A DNA stretch of 64,000 nucleotides from an uncultured Candidatus Rokubacteria bacterium (GTDB taxonomy: Bacteria > Methylomirabilota > Methylomirabilia > Rokubacteriales > CSP1-6), in NCBI GenBank assembly GCA_963754315.1, contig CAVWFS010000008.1:192001-256000 (forward strand). Reading direction: 5' to 3'. This document shows positions 20,488 through 31,019 of this stretch, piece after piece. Both the position numbers and the translations under genes were made by a program. A model generated the notes under the pieces. That model ran no database searches. It was not told the DNA's origin and was given only the letters and a program-made list of their open reading frames with translations. How positions within the stretch are numbered: the stretch's first letter is position 1; each line of letters begins with the position of its first letter.

Positions 20488-20582
20488 GGCCCGACCCTAG
20501 CACGAATGGCCACGCAAGCGGCCCCGTTTTTCTGTCCAATCAAGTCATAGGGGGGTCCCGTCGTGAGGCTGATGGACTGGGG

Positions 20583-20620
20583 CGGTGGGGGGCTTGGGGG
20601 GCCCTTTCGAAGGCCCCCCA
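20583..20620. repeat. Partial copy (single hairpin) of the G/C-rich repeat family
   Basis: gcggtggggggcttggggggccctttcgaaggcccccca resembles the 54-kb unit end gcggtggggggaatggggggcgatgtcggggccccc. Confidence 0.6.
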
Positions 20621-20639
20621 AGAAGATCGATCGAAAGAC

Positions 20640-21359
20640 CTAATCAGCCAGAGCGATGACCTTGACCGTCACCCGGCGCTTCTGATCGGCCGGCAAGTTG
20701 CGGTCGGGCAGGGGCCCGAGCCCGATGGCGTTGATGCGGGTCTGCTCGATTCCTTGCTGCACGAGGAATCGACGCACCGCGTCGACCCGGCGCTGGCTGA
20801 GGGAAACGTTGTAATCGACGGGGCCTACCGAATCGGTGTAACCCTCCAGCTCGACCGTGAGCCGCGGGTTTTCCTTCATCTCCTTCACGAGACCGAGCAG
20901 TGAAGTCTGAGCGCCGTCGTTCAGGTCTGCCTTGCCGAAGCCGAACCGAACCTCGGCTGTCTCCACCAGACTACGGGCATTGCGATTGTTCCAGAGCTTG
21001 GTAAGCCGGCCGTCCACCTCGTCGGCTCGCGCCATCGCTCCGTCGGCCCGGGTCATCGCGCTGTTGGCACGCTCCTGGGCACCCTTCGCCATGCCGCTGG
21101 CTTCGCCGACTGACGTCTCGAGCGTCCCCACCCGAGAACCCACCGCCTGCACCCGCTGACCTTCTTCCGTCACCCGGGTTTCAACGGTGCCAAGCCGTTG
21201 GGCGCCTTCGGTCACCTGCCCCTCGACCTTGTCGATGCGCTGATCGACCTCGGCTCGTTGCTTAGCGCTGGTTTCCTTCACGAAGTCCTTCGTGGCGCAG
21301 CCTGCCCCGACCAGGAGCACCGCGGGGACGACAAGTACGATTCGGAAAGAATGACGCAT
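20640..21359 (-). CDS. OmpA-family lipoprotein with N-terminal coiled coil
   Basis: Lipobox VGAGC, Ala/Gln/Glu-rich heptads, and an OmpA C-terminal domain (FGFGKADL, EGYTDSVG..YNVSLSQRR). Confidence 0.9.
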   Translation of the reverse strand: MRHSFRIVLVVPAVLLVGAGCATKDFVKETSAKQRAEVDQRIDKVEGQVTEGAQRLGTVETRVTEEGQRVQAVGSRVGTLETSVGEASGMAKGAQERANSAMTRADGAMARADEVDGRLTKLWNNRNARSLVETAEVRFGFGKADLNDGAQTSLLGLVKEMKENPRLTVELEGYTDSVGPVDYNVSLSQRRVDAVRRFLVQQGIEQTRINAIGLGPLPDRNLPADQKRRVTVKVIALAD

Positions 21360-21402
21360 ACCCTGCCTCCTTTTATGGCACACACAAAACCGAATTTGAT
21401 GC

Positions 21403-21418
21403 AGCAAGAGGCGCGCCT
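21403..21418 (-). promoter_or_regulatory. Putative sigma54 -24/-12 promoter for the OmpA-family gene
   Basis: Minus strand AGGCGCG-cctc-TTGCT has correct GG-N10-GC spacing, ~45 nt upstream of the ATG; an AT-rich tract lies further upstream. Confidence 0.45.
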
Positions 21419-21757
21419 AGATTCTAGCCGATGGAGTTTTGGTCACCAAGAATTCGTTAAGTAGCTGTATTTGTGGGATAAGTGCAATGAGGATCGCGTC
21501 GGTTCGGGTCACGGACCATGGCAAGACCGTGTACTTCCTCGTAACATACGGCGTCCATGTGTCGTCAGAGCCCGCTTCGTGAATCGGACGATCCGGAAGC
21601 GGCTCGAGCCCTTTTCCCAGTTGTCGCCTCACCGCCCCTTGACTATAGTCTCCACACTGGAACTGTCGCTCGCGCGCTGTCCTGGCCGTCGCTTGTCCAT
21701 TGATGGATGTCCGCAGCGGTTCCTGGCTCGATTGTTCATAGCGAAAGGGGGCAGACG

Positions 21758-23167
21758 ATGAGACGTCGATGGCACAACGATTCGCGGCTTCGACGATTGG
21801 TGACCGAGCGAGGCCAGGGGGGCTTGAGCCGCCGCGCGTTTCTGTCCTTGGTGGCCAGTGCCACCACCGCGACGTCCCTCGGTCTGCTGACCAGTCCTGC
21901 TCGTGCGCAGAAGAAGGTCGTGGTCACCATGTGGGACACCGAGCCCAATCCCGCCACACGGGCAGCCGTGAAAGCGATCGTCGACGACTTCCAAAAGCTG
22001 CACAAGGACGTCGAGGTTCGGGCCGAAGGCATGGGCTGGGGGGACATGGACCGCAAGCTGCAGGCCGCCATGGCCGCCAAGAGCCCTCCCACGGCCTCCC
22101 ACACGCAGACGTATGTCGTCACCTCCTTCAGGGCCAAGGGGCTCATCGAGCCCGTCGACGACGTGGTGAAGGCGATCGGCGAAGACAAAATTTTCCCGTC
22201 CGTGCTCCAGTGGATCAAATATCCCGACGGCAAGTACTGGGGGATCACCCACGCCTGGGGGACAGACATGCTCGGTGGCCGCGGTGACTACCTGGCCGGG
22301 ACCGGCGTGAATCCGCAGGGCTGGAAGACCTGGGACGACTGGCTGCGTGATCTGCCCAAGCTCAACAAGGCGCCGCAGCACTACGCTCTGTCCCTCTCGG
22401 GCATCCCGTTCTTCATGAACGAGGACGTGTACATGTGGACGGGATCGAACGGAGGGAGCCTCTTCGATGACAAGGGCAATCCAACCTTGGACAGTCCCCA
22501 GGTGCTGGGGATGCTCGAGTTCTGGAAGAAGCTCAAGCCCTCCATGCCCCCCGGATGGGCCTCGCACGACTATCTGGAGACACTCTCGGCCTGGGCTACG
22601 GGCAAGACAGCTCAGGTGCTCATGTGGGGTCGCACCGCCGGCTACATCGATCAGTACGCGCCACCGGAGAAGCGGAATCCAGACGTCTTCCAGATCTGGC
22701 CGAAAACGGTCGGGCCGATGGGCAAAGCGCCCCTCACTCAGTTCGACAACGAGCCCTGGGTGATTTACGCGGACGCTCCAGCCGACGAGAAGGCGGCCTG
22801 CCGTGAGTTCCTCAAGTTCTTCTTCAAGCCCGACAACTATCGGAAGTACTGCAACTCGGTGCCGGTCCACCTGAACTCGATCTTCAAGGCCGACTTCCAG
22901 GACAGCGGCTACATGGACTTCCCGGAGCGGAAGCGCTGGAAGCCCTGGCTCGACGCGCAGGTGAAATGGGTGGAGTCGGGGCGGGCCCATCCGCTCCTCG
23001 TGTGCAACCCGCAGGATCGCCTCATCCCCTGGATCGGCGACGTGGCCGCCGCCCCCATCCTCGCCGACATGGCCAGTTCGGTGGTGGAGCGTGGCAAGGA
23101 TCCGCGGGCAGCCGCCAAGGAAGCCAACGAGAAGATCCAGCGCGACATCATCGCCAAGAACAAGTAG
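21758..23167 (+). CDS. Sugar-type ABC transporter substrate-binding protein, Tat-exported
   Basis: SRRAFL twin-arginine motif and ARA cleavage site; SBP family 1 layout; upstream of two permeases. Confidence 0.88.
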   Translation: MRRRWHNDSRLRRLVTERGQGGLSRRAFLSLVASATTATSLGLLTSPARAQKKVVVTMWDTEPNPATRAAVKAIVDDFQKLHKDVEVRAEGMGWGDMDRKLQAAMAAKSPPTASHTQTYVVTSFRAKGLIEPVDDVVKAIGEDKIFPSVLQWIKYPDGKYWGITHAWGTDMLGGRGDYLAGTGVNPQGWKTWDDWLRDLPKLNKAPQHYALSLSGIPFFMNEDVYMWTGSNGGSLFDDKGNPTLDSPQVLGMLEFWKKLKPSMPPGWASHDYLETLSAWATGKTAQVLMWGRTAGYIDQYAPPEKRNPDVFQIWPKTVGPMGKAPLTQFDNEPWVIYADAPADEKAACREFLKFFFKPDNYRKYCNSVPVHLNSIFKADFQDSGYMDFPERKRWKPWLDAQVKWVESGRAHPLLVCNPQDRLIPWIGDVAAAPILADMASSVVERGKDPRAAAKEANEKIQRDIIAKNK

Positions 23168-23228
23168 GACGAGAGGCTGTGTCGAACGCCTGGGGCCCGA
23201 GAGTGTCCGGGCGTTCGCACCTTCTCCC

Positions 23229-24161
23229 ATGAGCGTTCGCGCCGACGCGCTGATTGTTGCTCCCGTCCGCTCCTGGCGCCGCCGACGGCAGGCCTGGATC
23301 GGTATCGGCCTGCTCCTGCCTTCGGCGGCGCTCGTTCTCGCCTTCACGCTATTCCCCGTCGCGTATAACGTGTGGCTGGGTTTCCACGCCAAGCATTCCC
23401 TGCGCGCCACCAGCGCCTGGGTGGGCCTCGGTAACTACGCTCAGATTCTGGGTGATCCGGACTTTTGGCGGAGCACCTATCTGGCCACCGTCTATGCGGT
23501 GGCCAGCACCGCGCTGCAGATCGTGGCCGGCGTGGCGGGCGCGCTGATCTTGCATCAGCGGTTCCCGGGGTGCGACTTCCTGCGCGGAGTGGCCCTCTTC
23601 CCCTACATGATCCCGACCGTGATCGCGGTCTTCGTGTGGCGCTGGCTCATGAATGACCTGTACGGCGTCATTCCGTACGCGCTGAGCGCGCTGCACATTC
23701 CGGGGATGCCGGAGGCGTGGCTCACCCACGGGACGATCATGCTGGTGCTGATCGTCCTCTCGGTATGGACGTTCTTTCCCTTTGTGCTCGTGAACGTGCT
23801 GGCCCGGCTCCAGACCATCCCCCCGGAGCTGTACGACGCGGCCCGGGTGGACGGGGCCTCGGCCATTCGACAGTTCGTCCACGTCACCTTGCCCCAGCTG
23901 CGGAACGTTCTCCTGATCGTCCTGCTCCTGCGCGGCATCTGGATGTTCACCAAGTTCGACGTGCCCTGGCTCCTCGGCTTCGGAGGGGGCGCCGGCGAGG
24001 CCATCCGGACCTTGCCCGTTTTCACCTACCAGCGCTCGTTCACGTACTACCAGGCGGGAATGGGGGCTGCCCTGTCGAACGTCATGTTCGCTCTCCTGCT
24101 GATGGTGGTGACCATCTACTTCGTGGCCTTCCCGTCCGAGGAGGACGACAACAGTGCCTGA
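23229..24161 (+). CDS. Carbohydrate ABC transporter permease
   Basis: WVGLGNY motif and EAA loop LYDAARVDGA; hydrophobic. Confidence 0.92.
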   Translation: MSVRADALIVAPVRSWRRRRQAWIGIGLLLPSAALVLAFTLFPVAYNVWLGFHAKHSLRATSAWVGLGNYAQILGDPDFWRSTYLATVYAVASTALQIVAGVAGALILHQRFPGCDFLRGVALFPYMIPTVIAVFVWRWLMNDLYGVIPYALSALHIPGMPEAWLTHGTIMLVLIVLSVWTFFPFVLVNVLARLQTIPPELYDAARVDGASAIRQFVHVTLPQLRNVLLIVLLLRGIWMFTKFDVPWLLGFGGGAGEAIRTLPVFTYQRSFTYYQAGMGAALSNVMFALLLMVVTIYFVAFPSEEDDNSA

Positions 24162-25005
24162 ACGGGGAGGACGGCGGCGCGGGCGTCCCCTCTCCCAGGC
24201 CGCCGCCTGGGGTCTGCGCATCGGGCTCTTTGTCTTCTGCGCGTTTCCCCTCTACTGGATGCTGATCTCCTCGCTGAAAGCGAGCCACGAGCTGCTCGCC
24301 TCGCCGCCCACCCTCCTTCCCCGGGAGTGGGAGCTGCGCGCGTACCGGAAGCTTTTCTACGACACGAACTTCTGGACGTACTTCCAGAACACCATCGTCG
24401 TCTCGGCGCTGACCACCATCATTGTCATCGTGGCTGGCGTGATCGGCGCCTACAGTCTGACCCGCTACGCCTTCCCGGGGCGCACGTTCGTCGCCCGGGT
24501 CACCCTGCTCGCGTACATGTTTCCGCCGATCATCATGCTGGTACCGCTCTTTCTGCTCGCCCGGGAGTTCGGCCTCACCAACTCCCTGCTCGGCTTGGCC
24601 CTGACCTACATCTCGTTTGCCTTGCCCTACGCGCTCTGGATCATGCGCGCCTTCTTCCAGGCGATCCCCGTCGAGCTGGAACAGGCCGCTCTCATCGATG
24701 GCGCCAACCGGGCGCAGGCCCTCGCCTATGTGGTGATGCCCTTGGCGCTCCCCGGAATCATCGCCACGGCGATCTTCACCTTCATCGTGTCCTGGAACGA
24801 TTTCCTGTTCGCGCTGGTGCTGATCGGCAAGGATGAGCTGAAGACGCTGGCCATCGGGATCAACGAGTTCTTCCACATGGCGGTGGTGGACTGGGGACTC
24901 ATCATGGCGGCGGGGGTCATGGTGACGATCCCCGCGCTGCTCTTCTTCGTGGCCATCCAACGCTACCTCATCGCCGGGTGGGGGGCCGGTGGTCTCAAGG
25001 GATGA
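24154..25005 (+). CDS. Carbohydrate ABC transporter permease
   Basis: FPLYWM, IPVELEQAALIDGA and SWNDF motifs. Confidence 0.93.
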   Translation: MPERGGRRRGRPLSQAAAWGLRIGLFVFCAFPLYWMLISSLKASHELLASPPTLLPREWELRAYRKLFYDTNFWTYFQNTIVVSALTTIIVIVAGVIGAYSLTRYAFPGRTFVARVTLLAYMFPPIIMLVPLFLLAREFGLTNSLLGLALTYISFALPYALWIMRAFFQAIPVELEQAALIDGANRAQALAYVVMPLALPGIIATAIFTFIVSWNDFLFALVLIGKDELKTLAIGINEFFHMAVVDWGLIMAAGVMVTIPALLFFVAIQRYLIAGWGAGGLKG

Positions 25006-25010
25006 CCGGC

Positions 25011-25019
25011 TGCTATGAT
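25011..25019 (+). promoter_or_regulatory. Extended -10 promoter element upstream of corA
   Basis: TGcTATGAT 17 nt before the ATG. Confidence 0.4.
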
Positions 25020-25036
25020 CCGACCCAGCTGGGGAG

Positions 25037-26011
25037 ATGGCCATGCTGGTGAACTGCGTTGTCTACCAAGAAGGCCGGAAGCTGGCCGACATCACCAAGG
25101 AAGCCATCAGCGAGTACGTGCGGCGGCCCGACTGCTTCGTCTGGGTGGCCCTGCATGACGCCAATGACGCCGAGCTGGCCGAGATGCAGGAGGAGTTCGC
25201 GTTGCACGAGCTGGCCGTCGAGGACGCTCGCCACGGTCACGAACGCCCCAAGATCGAGGAATACGGCTCCTCAGTCTTCGCCGTCCTGCACACGGTGGAG
25301 ATGGCGGGAGGGGATCTTCGGCTGGGCGAGGTTGACATCTTCGTGGGCGCCAACTACGTGCTGTCGGTCCGGAACCGTTCCGAGCAGGGCTTCGTCGGCG
25401 TCCGCACGCGCTGTGAGAACGAGCCGCACCTGCTCCAACACGGCTCCGGCTATGTGTTCTATGCGTTGATGGACACGGTCGTCGACCGGTATTTTCCGGT
25501 GCTCGATTCCCTCGAGACCGAGCTGGAGCGCGTCGAGGAGCAGATCTTCGCGGTGGGCGATTCGGCCCGCGCCAACATCGAGGCCCTCTACGCGCTCAAG
25601 CAGAAGCTGATGACCCTCAAGCACGCGGCGGGTCCGCTCCTGGAAGCGGTGGGCAAGCTGCACGGTGGCCGCGTTCCCCAGGTGTGCCAGGGGACGCAGG
25701 AGTACTTCCGTGACGTCTATGACCATCTGATCCGCATCAACCACTCCATCGACTCCATCCGCGACATGGTGACCACCGCCCTCTCCGTGAACCTGTCGCT
25801 CATCACCCTGCAGGAGAACGAGACGACGAAGCGCCTGGCCGCCTACGCGGCCCTGGTTGCGGTGCCCACCATGATCGCCGGGATCTACGGGATGAATTTC
25901 GACCACATGCCGGAACTGAACTGGTATCTCGGCTATCCCGTGGTCGTGGGCACCATGGTCGCGATTGACGCCTATTTGTTCTATCGATTTCGCAAGACCG
26001 GCTGGCTCTGA
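25037..26011 (+). CDS. corA: Magnesium/cobalt transporter CorA
   Basis: HELAVEDA..RPKIEEY, GIYGMNF..MPEL and two C-terminal TM helices. Confidence 0.95.
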   Translation: MAMLVNCVVYQEGRKLADITKEAISEYVRRPDCFVWVALHDANDAELAEMQEEFALHELAVEDARHGHERPKIEEYGSSVFAVLHTVEMAGGDLRLGEVDIFVGANYVLSVRNRSEQGFVGVRTRCENEPHLLQHGSGYVFYALMDTVVDRYFPVLDSLETELERVEEQIFAVGDSARANIEALYALKQKLMTLKHAAGPLLEAVGKLHGGRVPQVCQGTQEYFRDVYDHLIRINHSIDSIRDMVTTALSVNLSLITLQENETTKRLAAYAALVAVPTMIAGIYGMNFDHMPELNWYLGYPVVVGTMVAIDAYLFYRFRKTGWL

Positions 26012-26043
26012 GCCGCCTCCTTGCCGGGAGCCCCTCGCCCGCG

Positions 26044-27585
26044 CTACTTGGTCAGCCAGCTGTTCCAGAAGTAGAGTCGTGGGGCGGTGCGGAAGTCGCC
26101 GCGCAGCTCCCGGCGCGCGACGTCCAGGGTGAAGTAGTCGCCGAGCTTCACGCGCCCGACGTCCTCGTAGAAGATGGCCTGGATGCGGTCGACGAGGGCC
26201 TTGCGCTTCTTGACGTCGCTCTCACGCTGCAACTCGGACAGGAGCTGCTCCTTTTCTTCGTGGCACCACCAGCCGTTCCAGCTGCAGCGCAGCGCGATGT
26301 GGTTGGCCGGATCGGCCGAGAAGACCAGGCCCGTCGAGAACACGTCCCACAGCTCGGGCTTCTGGGTGCGGCTGTTCAGGGTAGCCCAGTCAACGACCTG
26401 GAGGTCAACGGCGAAGCCCACCTCCTCCATCTGTTGTTTGGCCACCAGGGCGTTCTTGTACATGAACTCGTATTCTTTGGTGGTGACCCAGCGCACCGGC
26501 TCCTTGGCGTAGCCCGCCTCCTTGAGCAGCCGGCGAGCCTTGTCCTTGTCCCGCTGGTTGTAGAGGTTGGCGCTGACGGTGGAGTGCCAGGGCTGCTCGG
26601 GGAAGAACAGGCCGGGATCGAGCCGATAGAAATCCTTGGAGCCGAAGCCGGCCGCCATGATGGACTCCATCTCGAGGGCAGCCTGCAGGGCCTGGCGGAT
26701 CTTCTTGTTGGTCATGAGGCCGGCCTTGTGGTTGAGGACGCCGGTGGCCCAGCCCCGCGGCTTGACGATGCGCGATTCGATCTGCGGCAGCGTCTTGATG
26801 CGGTCCCATGCGTCCTGCTTGACGAACATCGCATGATGGTATTCGCCAGACTCCACCCCGGCCAGGCGCACTGCCGTGTCGGGCACCGGGATGAAAAGGA
26901 TCTCGTCGAAATAGGCGATCCGCTTGCCGCCGAAGCCGCCCGGGGGTTCGGTGCGCGCGGCGTACTCCTTGAAGCGGGCGAGCTTGAGATGTCGATCGGC
27001 CTTGTGCTCGACGAAGCGGTAGGGCCCGGTGCCCGTGTAATCCTTGAGGGGGCCGTCGCCGGCGGCGTCGATGACGTCCTTGGGGTAGATGGCGGCAGCC
27101 GGCTCACTGAGCCCGAAGATCAGCGACGCCGAGGGCTGCCTGAGACTGATGACGACCGTGTACGGGTCCTTGGCCTCGACGCTTTCCACGTTCTTCCAGA
27201 GCGGCTTGCCGAGGGACGCCACCGCGCCCCAGCGCTTGAGCGAGGCCACCACATCGGCCGCGGTCATCTCCTTGCCGTTGTGGAACTTGACACCCTTGCG
27301 AAGGACGATCGTGTGACGGAGGCCCTTGTCGCCGACCGCATGCGATTCGGCGAGGAGCGGCACCGGTGTGAAGGACTTGTCGTATGTGAAGAGCGACTCG
27401 TTGACGTGCCACATGATCTCGTAGGTGATGACAGCCGTGCTCATGGGGATATCGAGAGTCGGCGGTTCCCCGATGGTCGCCACCTTGAGGATGCCGCCCG
27501 TGCGCGGCGCGTCCTGGGCGTGTGTGTCGGGAGCGGACGAGAGGACGGTGACAAGCGCGATGAGCACGAGCGCGAGCATGGACAT
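26044..27585 (-). CDS. Peptide/nickel-type ABC substrate-binding protein (family 5), standalone
   Basis: Signal peptide; LRKGVKFHNG..TAADV, GTGPY and ARRLLKEAGY motifs. Confidence 0.92.
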   Translation of the reverse strand: MSMLALVLIALVTVLSSAPDTHAQDAPRTGGILKVATIGEPPTLDIPMSTAVITYEIMWHVNESLFTYDKSFTPVPLLAESHAVGDKGLRHTIVLRKGVKFHNGKEMTAADVVASLKRWGAVASLGKPLWKNVESVEAKDPYTVVISLRQPSASLIFGLSEPAAAIYPKDVIDAAGDGPLKDYTGTGPYRFVEHKADRHLKLARFKEYAARTEPPGGFGGKRIAYFDEILFIPVPDTAVRLAGVESGEYHHAMFVKQDAWDRIKTLPQIESRIVKPRGWATGVLNHKAGLMTNKKIRQALQAALEMESIMAAGFGSKDFYRLDPGLFFPEQPWHSTVSANLYNQRDKDKARRLLKEAGYAKEPVRWVTTKEYEFMYKNALVAKQQMEEVGFAVDLQVVDWATLNSRTQKPELWDVFSTGLVFSADPANHIALRCSWNGWWCHEEKEQLLSELQRESDVKKRKALVDRIQAIFYEDVGRVKLGDYFTLDVARRELRGDFRTAPRLYFWNSWLTK

Positions 27586-27781
27586 GTCAATCCTCCGGGA
27601 GTGGTGCCGTTGCCAGCGGCGTGAGCTGCTCGGCGAAGTCTATGCGAAATCAGGGCGCCGTGAAAGGCCGCGCGGCGCCCCGGAACGCCCGGTAGGACCG
27701 GGACGCCGTTTCGGCTAAAATCGGGCGCTGTCTCGCCCCGCGCGGTGGGGCCCACGAGTTCAGGACGAGAGGAGACCATCG

Positions 27782-28768
27782 ATGCATTACCGCAAGCTTG
27801 GGAATAGCGATCTGACCGTCTCGGCCGTCGGGCTCGGGTGCATGTCCATGTCCGGCACCTACGGCAAGAGCGACGATGTCGAGTCGATCGCCGTCGTCCA
27901 CCAGGCCCTGGACCTGGGGATGAACTTCATCGACTCCTCGGACATGTACGGGTGGGGCCACAATGAGGAGCTGCTTGGACGAGCGCTCAAGGGGCGGCGC
28001 GACCAGGTGGTGCTCACCACCAAGTTCGGTCAGGTGCAGAGTCCGGATGGCAAGGGCAACCTGGTGGATGGGCGGCCCGAGTACGTCGCTCGCGCATGCG
28101 ACGCGAGCCTCAAGCGCCTCGGGGTCGACGTGATCGACGTCTACTACCAGCACCGGGTAGACCCCAAGGTTCCCATCGAGGATACGGTGGGGGCCATGGC
28201 GCGGCTCATCGACGGGGGAAAGGTACGCTACCTTGGCCTCTCGGAGGCGGCGCCGGCAACCATCCGGCGCGCCCACGCCGTCCATCCGCTGAGCGCGGTG
28301 CAGAGCGAGTACTCGCTGTTGTATCGGCACCCGGCCGAGGAGACATTGCCGACCTGTCGCGAGCTCGGGATCTCCTACATCGCTTACTCCCCGCTCGGCC
28401 GCGGTTTCCTCACCGGACGCATCCAGCAGGAGAGCGACCTGCCCGCTGACGACCGACGCCGACAGCATCCCCGCTTCCAGACGCAGAACTTCGACCACAA
28501 CGTGAAGCTCGTCCGTCGCCTCGAGGAAATGGCCCGAGCGCATCATGCCACCCCCGCGCAATTGGTCCTGGCCTGGCTGCTCGCCCAGGGGGAGGATATC
28601 GTCCCCATCCCCGGCACCAAGCGGCGAGCCTACCTCGAAGAGAACGTGGGGGCGCTCGCCGTGCAGCTGACCCCGGACGATCTCGCTCGCATTGCCGAGG
28701 CGATGCCACCCGGTGCGGCGGCGGGGTCGCGCTATCCGGAAGCGCAGATGAAGGGCGTCCACCTGTAA
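27782..28768 (+). CDS. Aldo/keto reductase
   Basis: [29 protein letters not shown] and PIPGT motifs. Confidence 0.95.
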   Translation: MHYRKLGNSDLTVSAVGLGCMSMSGTYGKSDDVESIAVVHQALDLGMNFIDSSDMYGWGHNEELLGRALKGRRDQVVLTTKFGQVQSPDGKGNLVDGRPEYVARACDASLKRLGVDVIDVYYQHRVDPKVPIEDTVGAMARLIDGGKVRYLGLSEAAPATIRRAHAVHPLSAVQSEYSLLYRHPAEETLPTCRELGISYIAYSPLGRGFLTGRIQQESDLPADDRRRQHPRFQTQNFDHNVKLVRRLEEMARAHHATPAQLVLAWLLAQGEDIVPIPGTKRRAYLEENVGALAVQLTPDDLARIAEAMPPGAAAGSRYPEAQMKGVHL

Positions 28769-28774
28769 GCGGCC

Positions 28775-29638
28775 ATGGCCAAGCGACGAGTCGTCCTCAC
28801 GGGAGCGTCAGGCTACGTCGCCCAGCGCATGTTCAGGGAGCTCAGCGAGCGCTGGGAGCTGATATCCATCGATGTCCGAGCAACGACTGCCGGCGGAGCT
28901 CCCGTGCCAGGCTGCGTCGTGGCCGATCTCACGCGTCCCGACCGCAACGAGTATCGGCAGCACTTCCGCGGCGCCGACGCCGTGATCCACTGCGGGTACG
29001 TGCGCGCCACCGGCCTCGATGCCACCACCTGGCAGAACAACAGCGACCCCAAGTTCTGGGCGGAGCATGCCAACGTCGCCTTGGCCTACAACGTATACCG
29101 GACGGCGCTCGAAGAAGGTGTGCGACGGGTGGTGATGGTCAGCTCAAACCATGCCTCCGACTATTACGAGCGTCTGGTGTGGGCTGGGAAGCTCGACATG
29201 GTCACCCCCGAGATGCCGCCCCGCTCCGATAACTGGTACGGCTGGTCCAAGGCCGCCTACGAGCTCCTGGGCTTCGTCTTCGCGTCCGGCCAGGTCGATG
29301 GTCGCAAGCTCGAGGTCGTCCAGTGGCGCATCGGGGGCCCGCGTGACGACGATATCGATCAGGTGAAGCCGGGTGACATCAAGGTCATGCACCGGGCTCT
29401 CGGCGCGTACCTCTCCCGGCGCGACCAAGTCCAGCAGGCCATCCGCATGGTAGAAACCGAGGACATCACCGACGAGCACGGCGTGCCCTTTCTGATCGCG
29501 TATGGCATCAGCGGTAACACCCACCGATTCTGGAGTCTGGCCAGTGCGCGCCAAAAGCTCGGCTACGCCCCCGAGGACGACAGCCAGGTGAACTTCGCGG
29601 ACAAGATCGCGGCCATCGCGCGGGCCGCGGGGAAGTGA
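28775..29638 (+). CDS. NAD-dependent epimerase/dehydratase (uronate dehydrogenase-like extended SDR)
   Basis: TGASGYVA, SSNHA, YGWSK and LGYAPEDD motifs. Confidence 0.8.
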   Translation: MAKRRVVLTGASGYVAQRMFRELSERWELISIDVRATTAGGAPVPGCVVADLTRPDRNEYRQHFRGADAVIHCGYVRATGLDATTWQNNSDPKFWAEHANVALAYNVYRTALEEGVRRVVMVSSNHASDYYERLVWAGKLDMVTPEMPPRSDNWYGWSKAAYELLGFVFASGQVDGRKLEVVQWRIGGPRDDDIDQVKPGDIKVMHRALGAYLSRRDQVQQAIRMVETEDITDEHGVPFLIAYGISGNTHRFWSLASARQKLGYAPEDDSQVNFADKIAAIARAAGK

Positions 29639-29708
29639 CGCCGGTTCTCGCGCGAGATCATGCGGAGGGGGTAGCCGGCTGAGCGCGCTACGGTTCTCGG
29701 GGCGGGCG

Positions 29709-31019
29709 GTGGCCGCCCTCTTTCTCGCGCGTCAGCACCTCGACCGGCCCCGCGGCCGCCGGCTGACGGCGAGGAGCCTCACCCGGTTCGTCGAGGATGC
29801 GGGAGGGATCCAGCTCGATTCCATCAACGTGGTGGACCGGGCGCACTACCTCACCCTGTGGAGCCGATTCGGACCGTTCCGGCGCGCCACGCTCGATGCC
29901 CTCATCTATCGGCGGCGGGTACTGTTCGAGTACTGGGCTCATGTCGCCTGTCTGGTTCCCATCGGACACTTTCCGGCCTGGCGGCGGGTCATGATCGACT
30001 ACCGGCATCGGCACAAGGGCTGGACGGCCTTCCTGCGCAAGAATCCTACGTTGCTGCGCGCTGTGGAGGCCGCGATCCGGGATCGAGGCCCGCTCGGCAA
30101 CGCTGACTTCCAGCACGCGCGGCCCGGAGGCAGCCGTGGATGGTGGGACTGGAAGCCGGCCACCCACGCCCTCGACTTCCTCTGGATGAGTGGGCGCACG
30201 ACCATCCAGTCGCGAGTGCATTTCCAGAAGCGGTTCGATCTCTTGGAGCGTGTTCTTCCCATCGCGCTGGCGGCGCCGCCCTTGGCCGCCCCTGCTTTCC
30301 GTCGCTGGCACCTTGAGCGTTCCCTGCACGCGATGGGGGCGGCCACCGAGGCGGATCTGCGCATGTATCTCACGTTCCCTCGAGCGGCCACCACCGCGCG
30401 GCGTACGGCGCTGCGCGAGATGCTGGCCAGCGGAGACGTGGTGGAGGTGGCGGTGGAGGGAGACCCTACGCGCTGGTACGCCCTCGCCCGTGATCTCGAT
30501 CCGTTGGCGGCAGCCGGTCGTCACTCGGTCCCATCGTGCGGTTCCGCTCTGCTCTCACCGTTCGACTCCTTCCTGTGGCATCGCGAACGCGTGCGGCGGC
30601 TGTTCGGATTCGACTACCGCATCGAGGTCTACGTGCCCGGCCCTCAACGGAAGTTCGGGTACTACGTGCTGCCTCTGCTGGTCGACGGGGAACTGGTGGG
30701 GCGCGTGGACACCAAGCTACACCGCCGGGATCAGCGCCTGGAGCTTCGGCACGTGCACCTCGAGCCGCGGGTGGTGGCGGGCAAAGGCCCCGCGTCCCCA
30801 ACGCGGTCTGCCGTGACCCTTCCGCGCGCTCTGACTGGTCTGGCCGAGGCCGCCTGGTCGCTGGCCAACTTCACCCGGGCCACCCAGGTCGACGTGGCGA
30901 GGGTCACACCTGGCTCGGCTCGCCCCGCCGTGCGCAAGGCACTCGAGCTGGTGGCGAGTGCATGCGAGACCGCCGCGAGACGACCGACCCTGCCGACATC
31001 GTCCCGTCCAACACCATGA
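29709..31019 (+). CDS. ycaQ: YcaQ/AlkZ-family (HTH_42) crosslink-repair DNA glycosylase
   Basis: GIQLDSINVVDRAHYLTLWSR (QxD), FEYWAH, GWWDWK, LLSPFD and YRIEVYVP..RKFGYYVLP; the start may be a few codons upstream. Confidence 0.88.
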   Translation: MAALFLARQHLDRPRGRRLTARSLTRFVEDAGGIQLDSINVVDRAHYLTLWSRFGPFRRATLDALIYRRRVLFEYWAHVACLVPIGHFPAWRRVMIDYRHRHKGWTAFLRKNPTLLRAVEAAIRDRGPLGNADFQHARPGGSRGWWDWKPATHALDFLWMSGRTTIQSRVHFQKRFDLLERVLPIALAAPPLAAPAFRRWHLERSLHAMGAATEADLRMYLTFPRAATTARRTALREMLASGDVVEVAVEGDPTRWYALARDLDPLAAAGRHSVPSCGSALLSPFDSFLWHRERVRRLFGFDYRIEVYVPGPQRKFGYYVLPLLVDGELVGRVDTKLHRRDQRLELRHVHLEPRVVAGKGPASPTRSAVTLPRALTGLAEAAWSLANFTRATQVDVARVTPGSARPAVRKALELVASACETAARRPTLPTSSRPTP

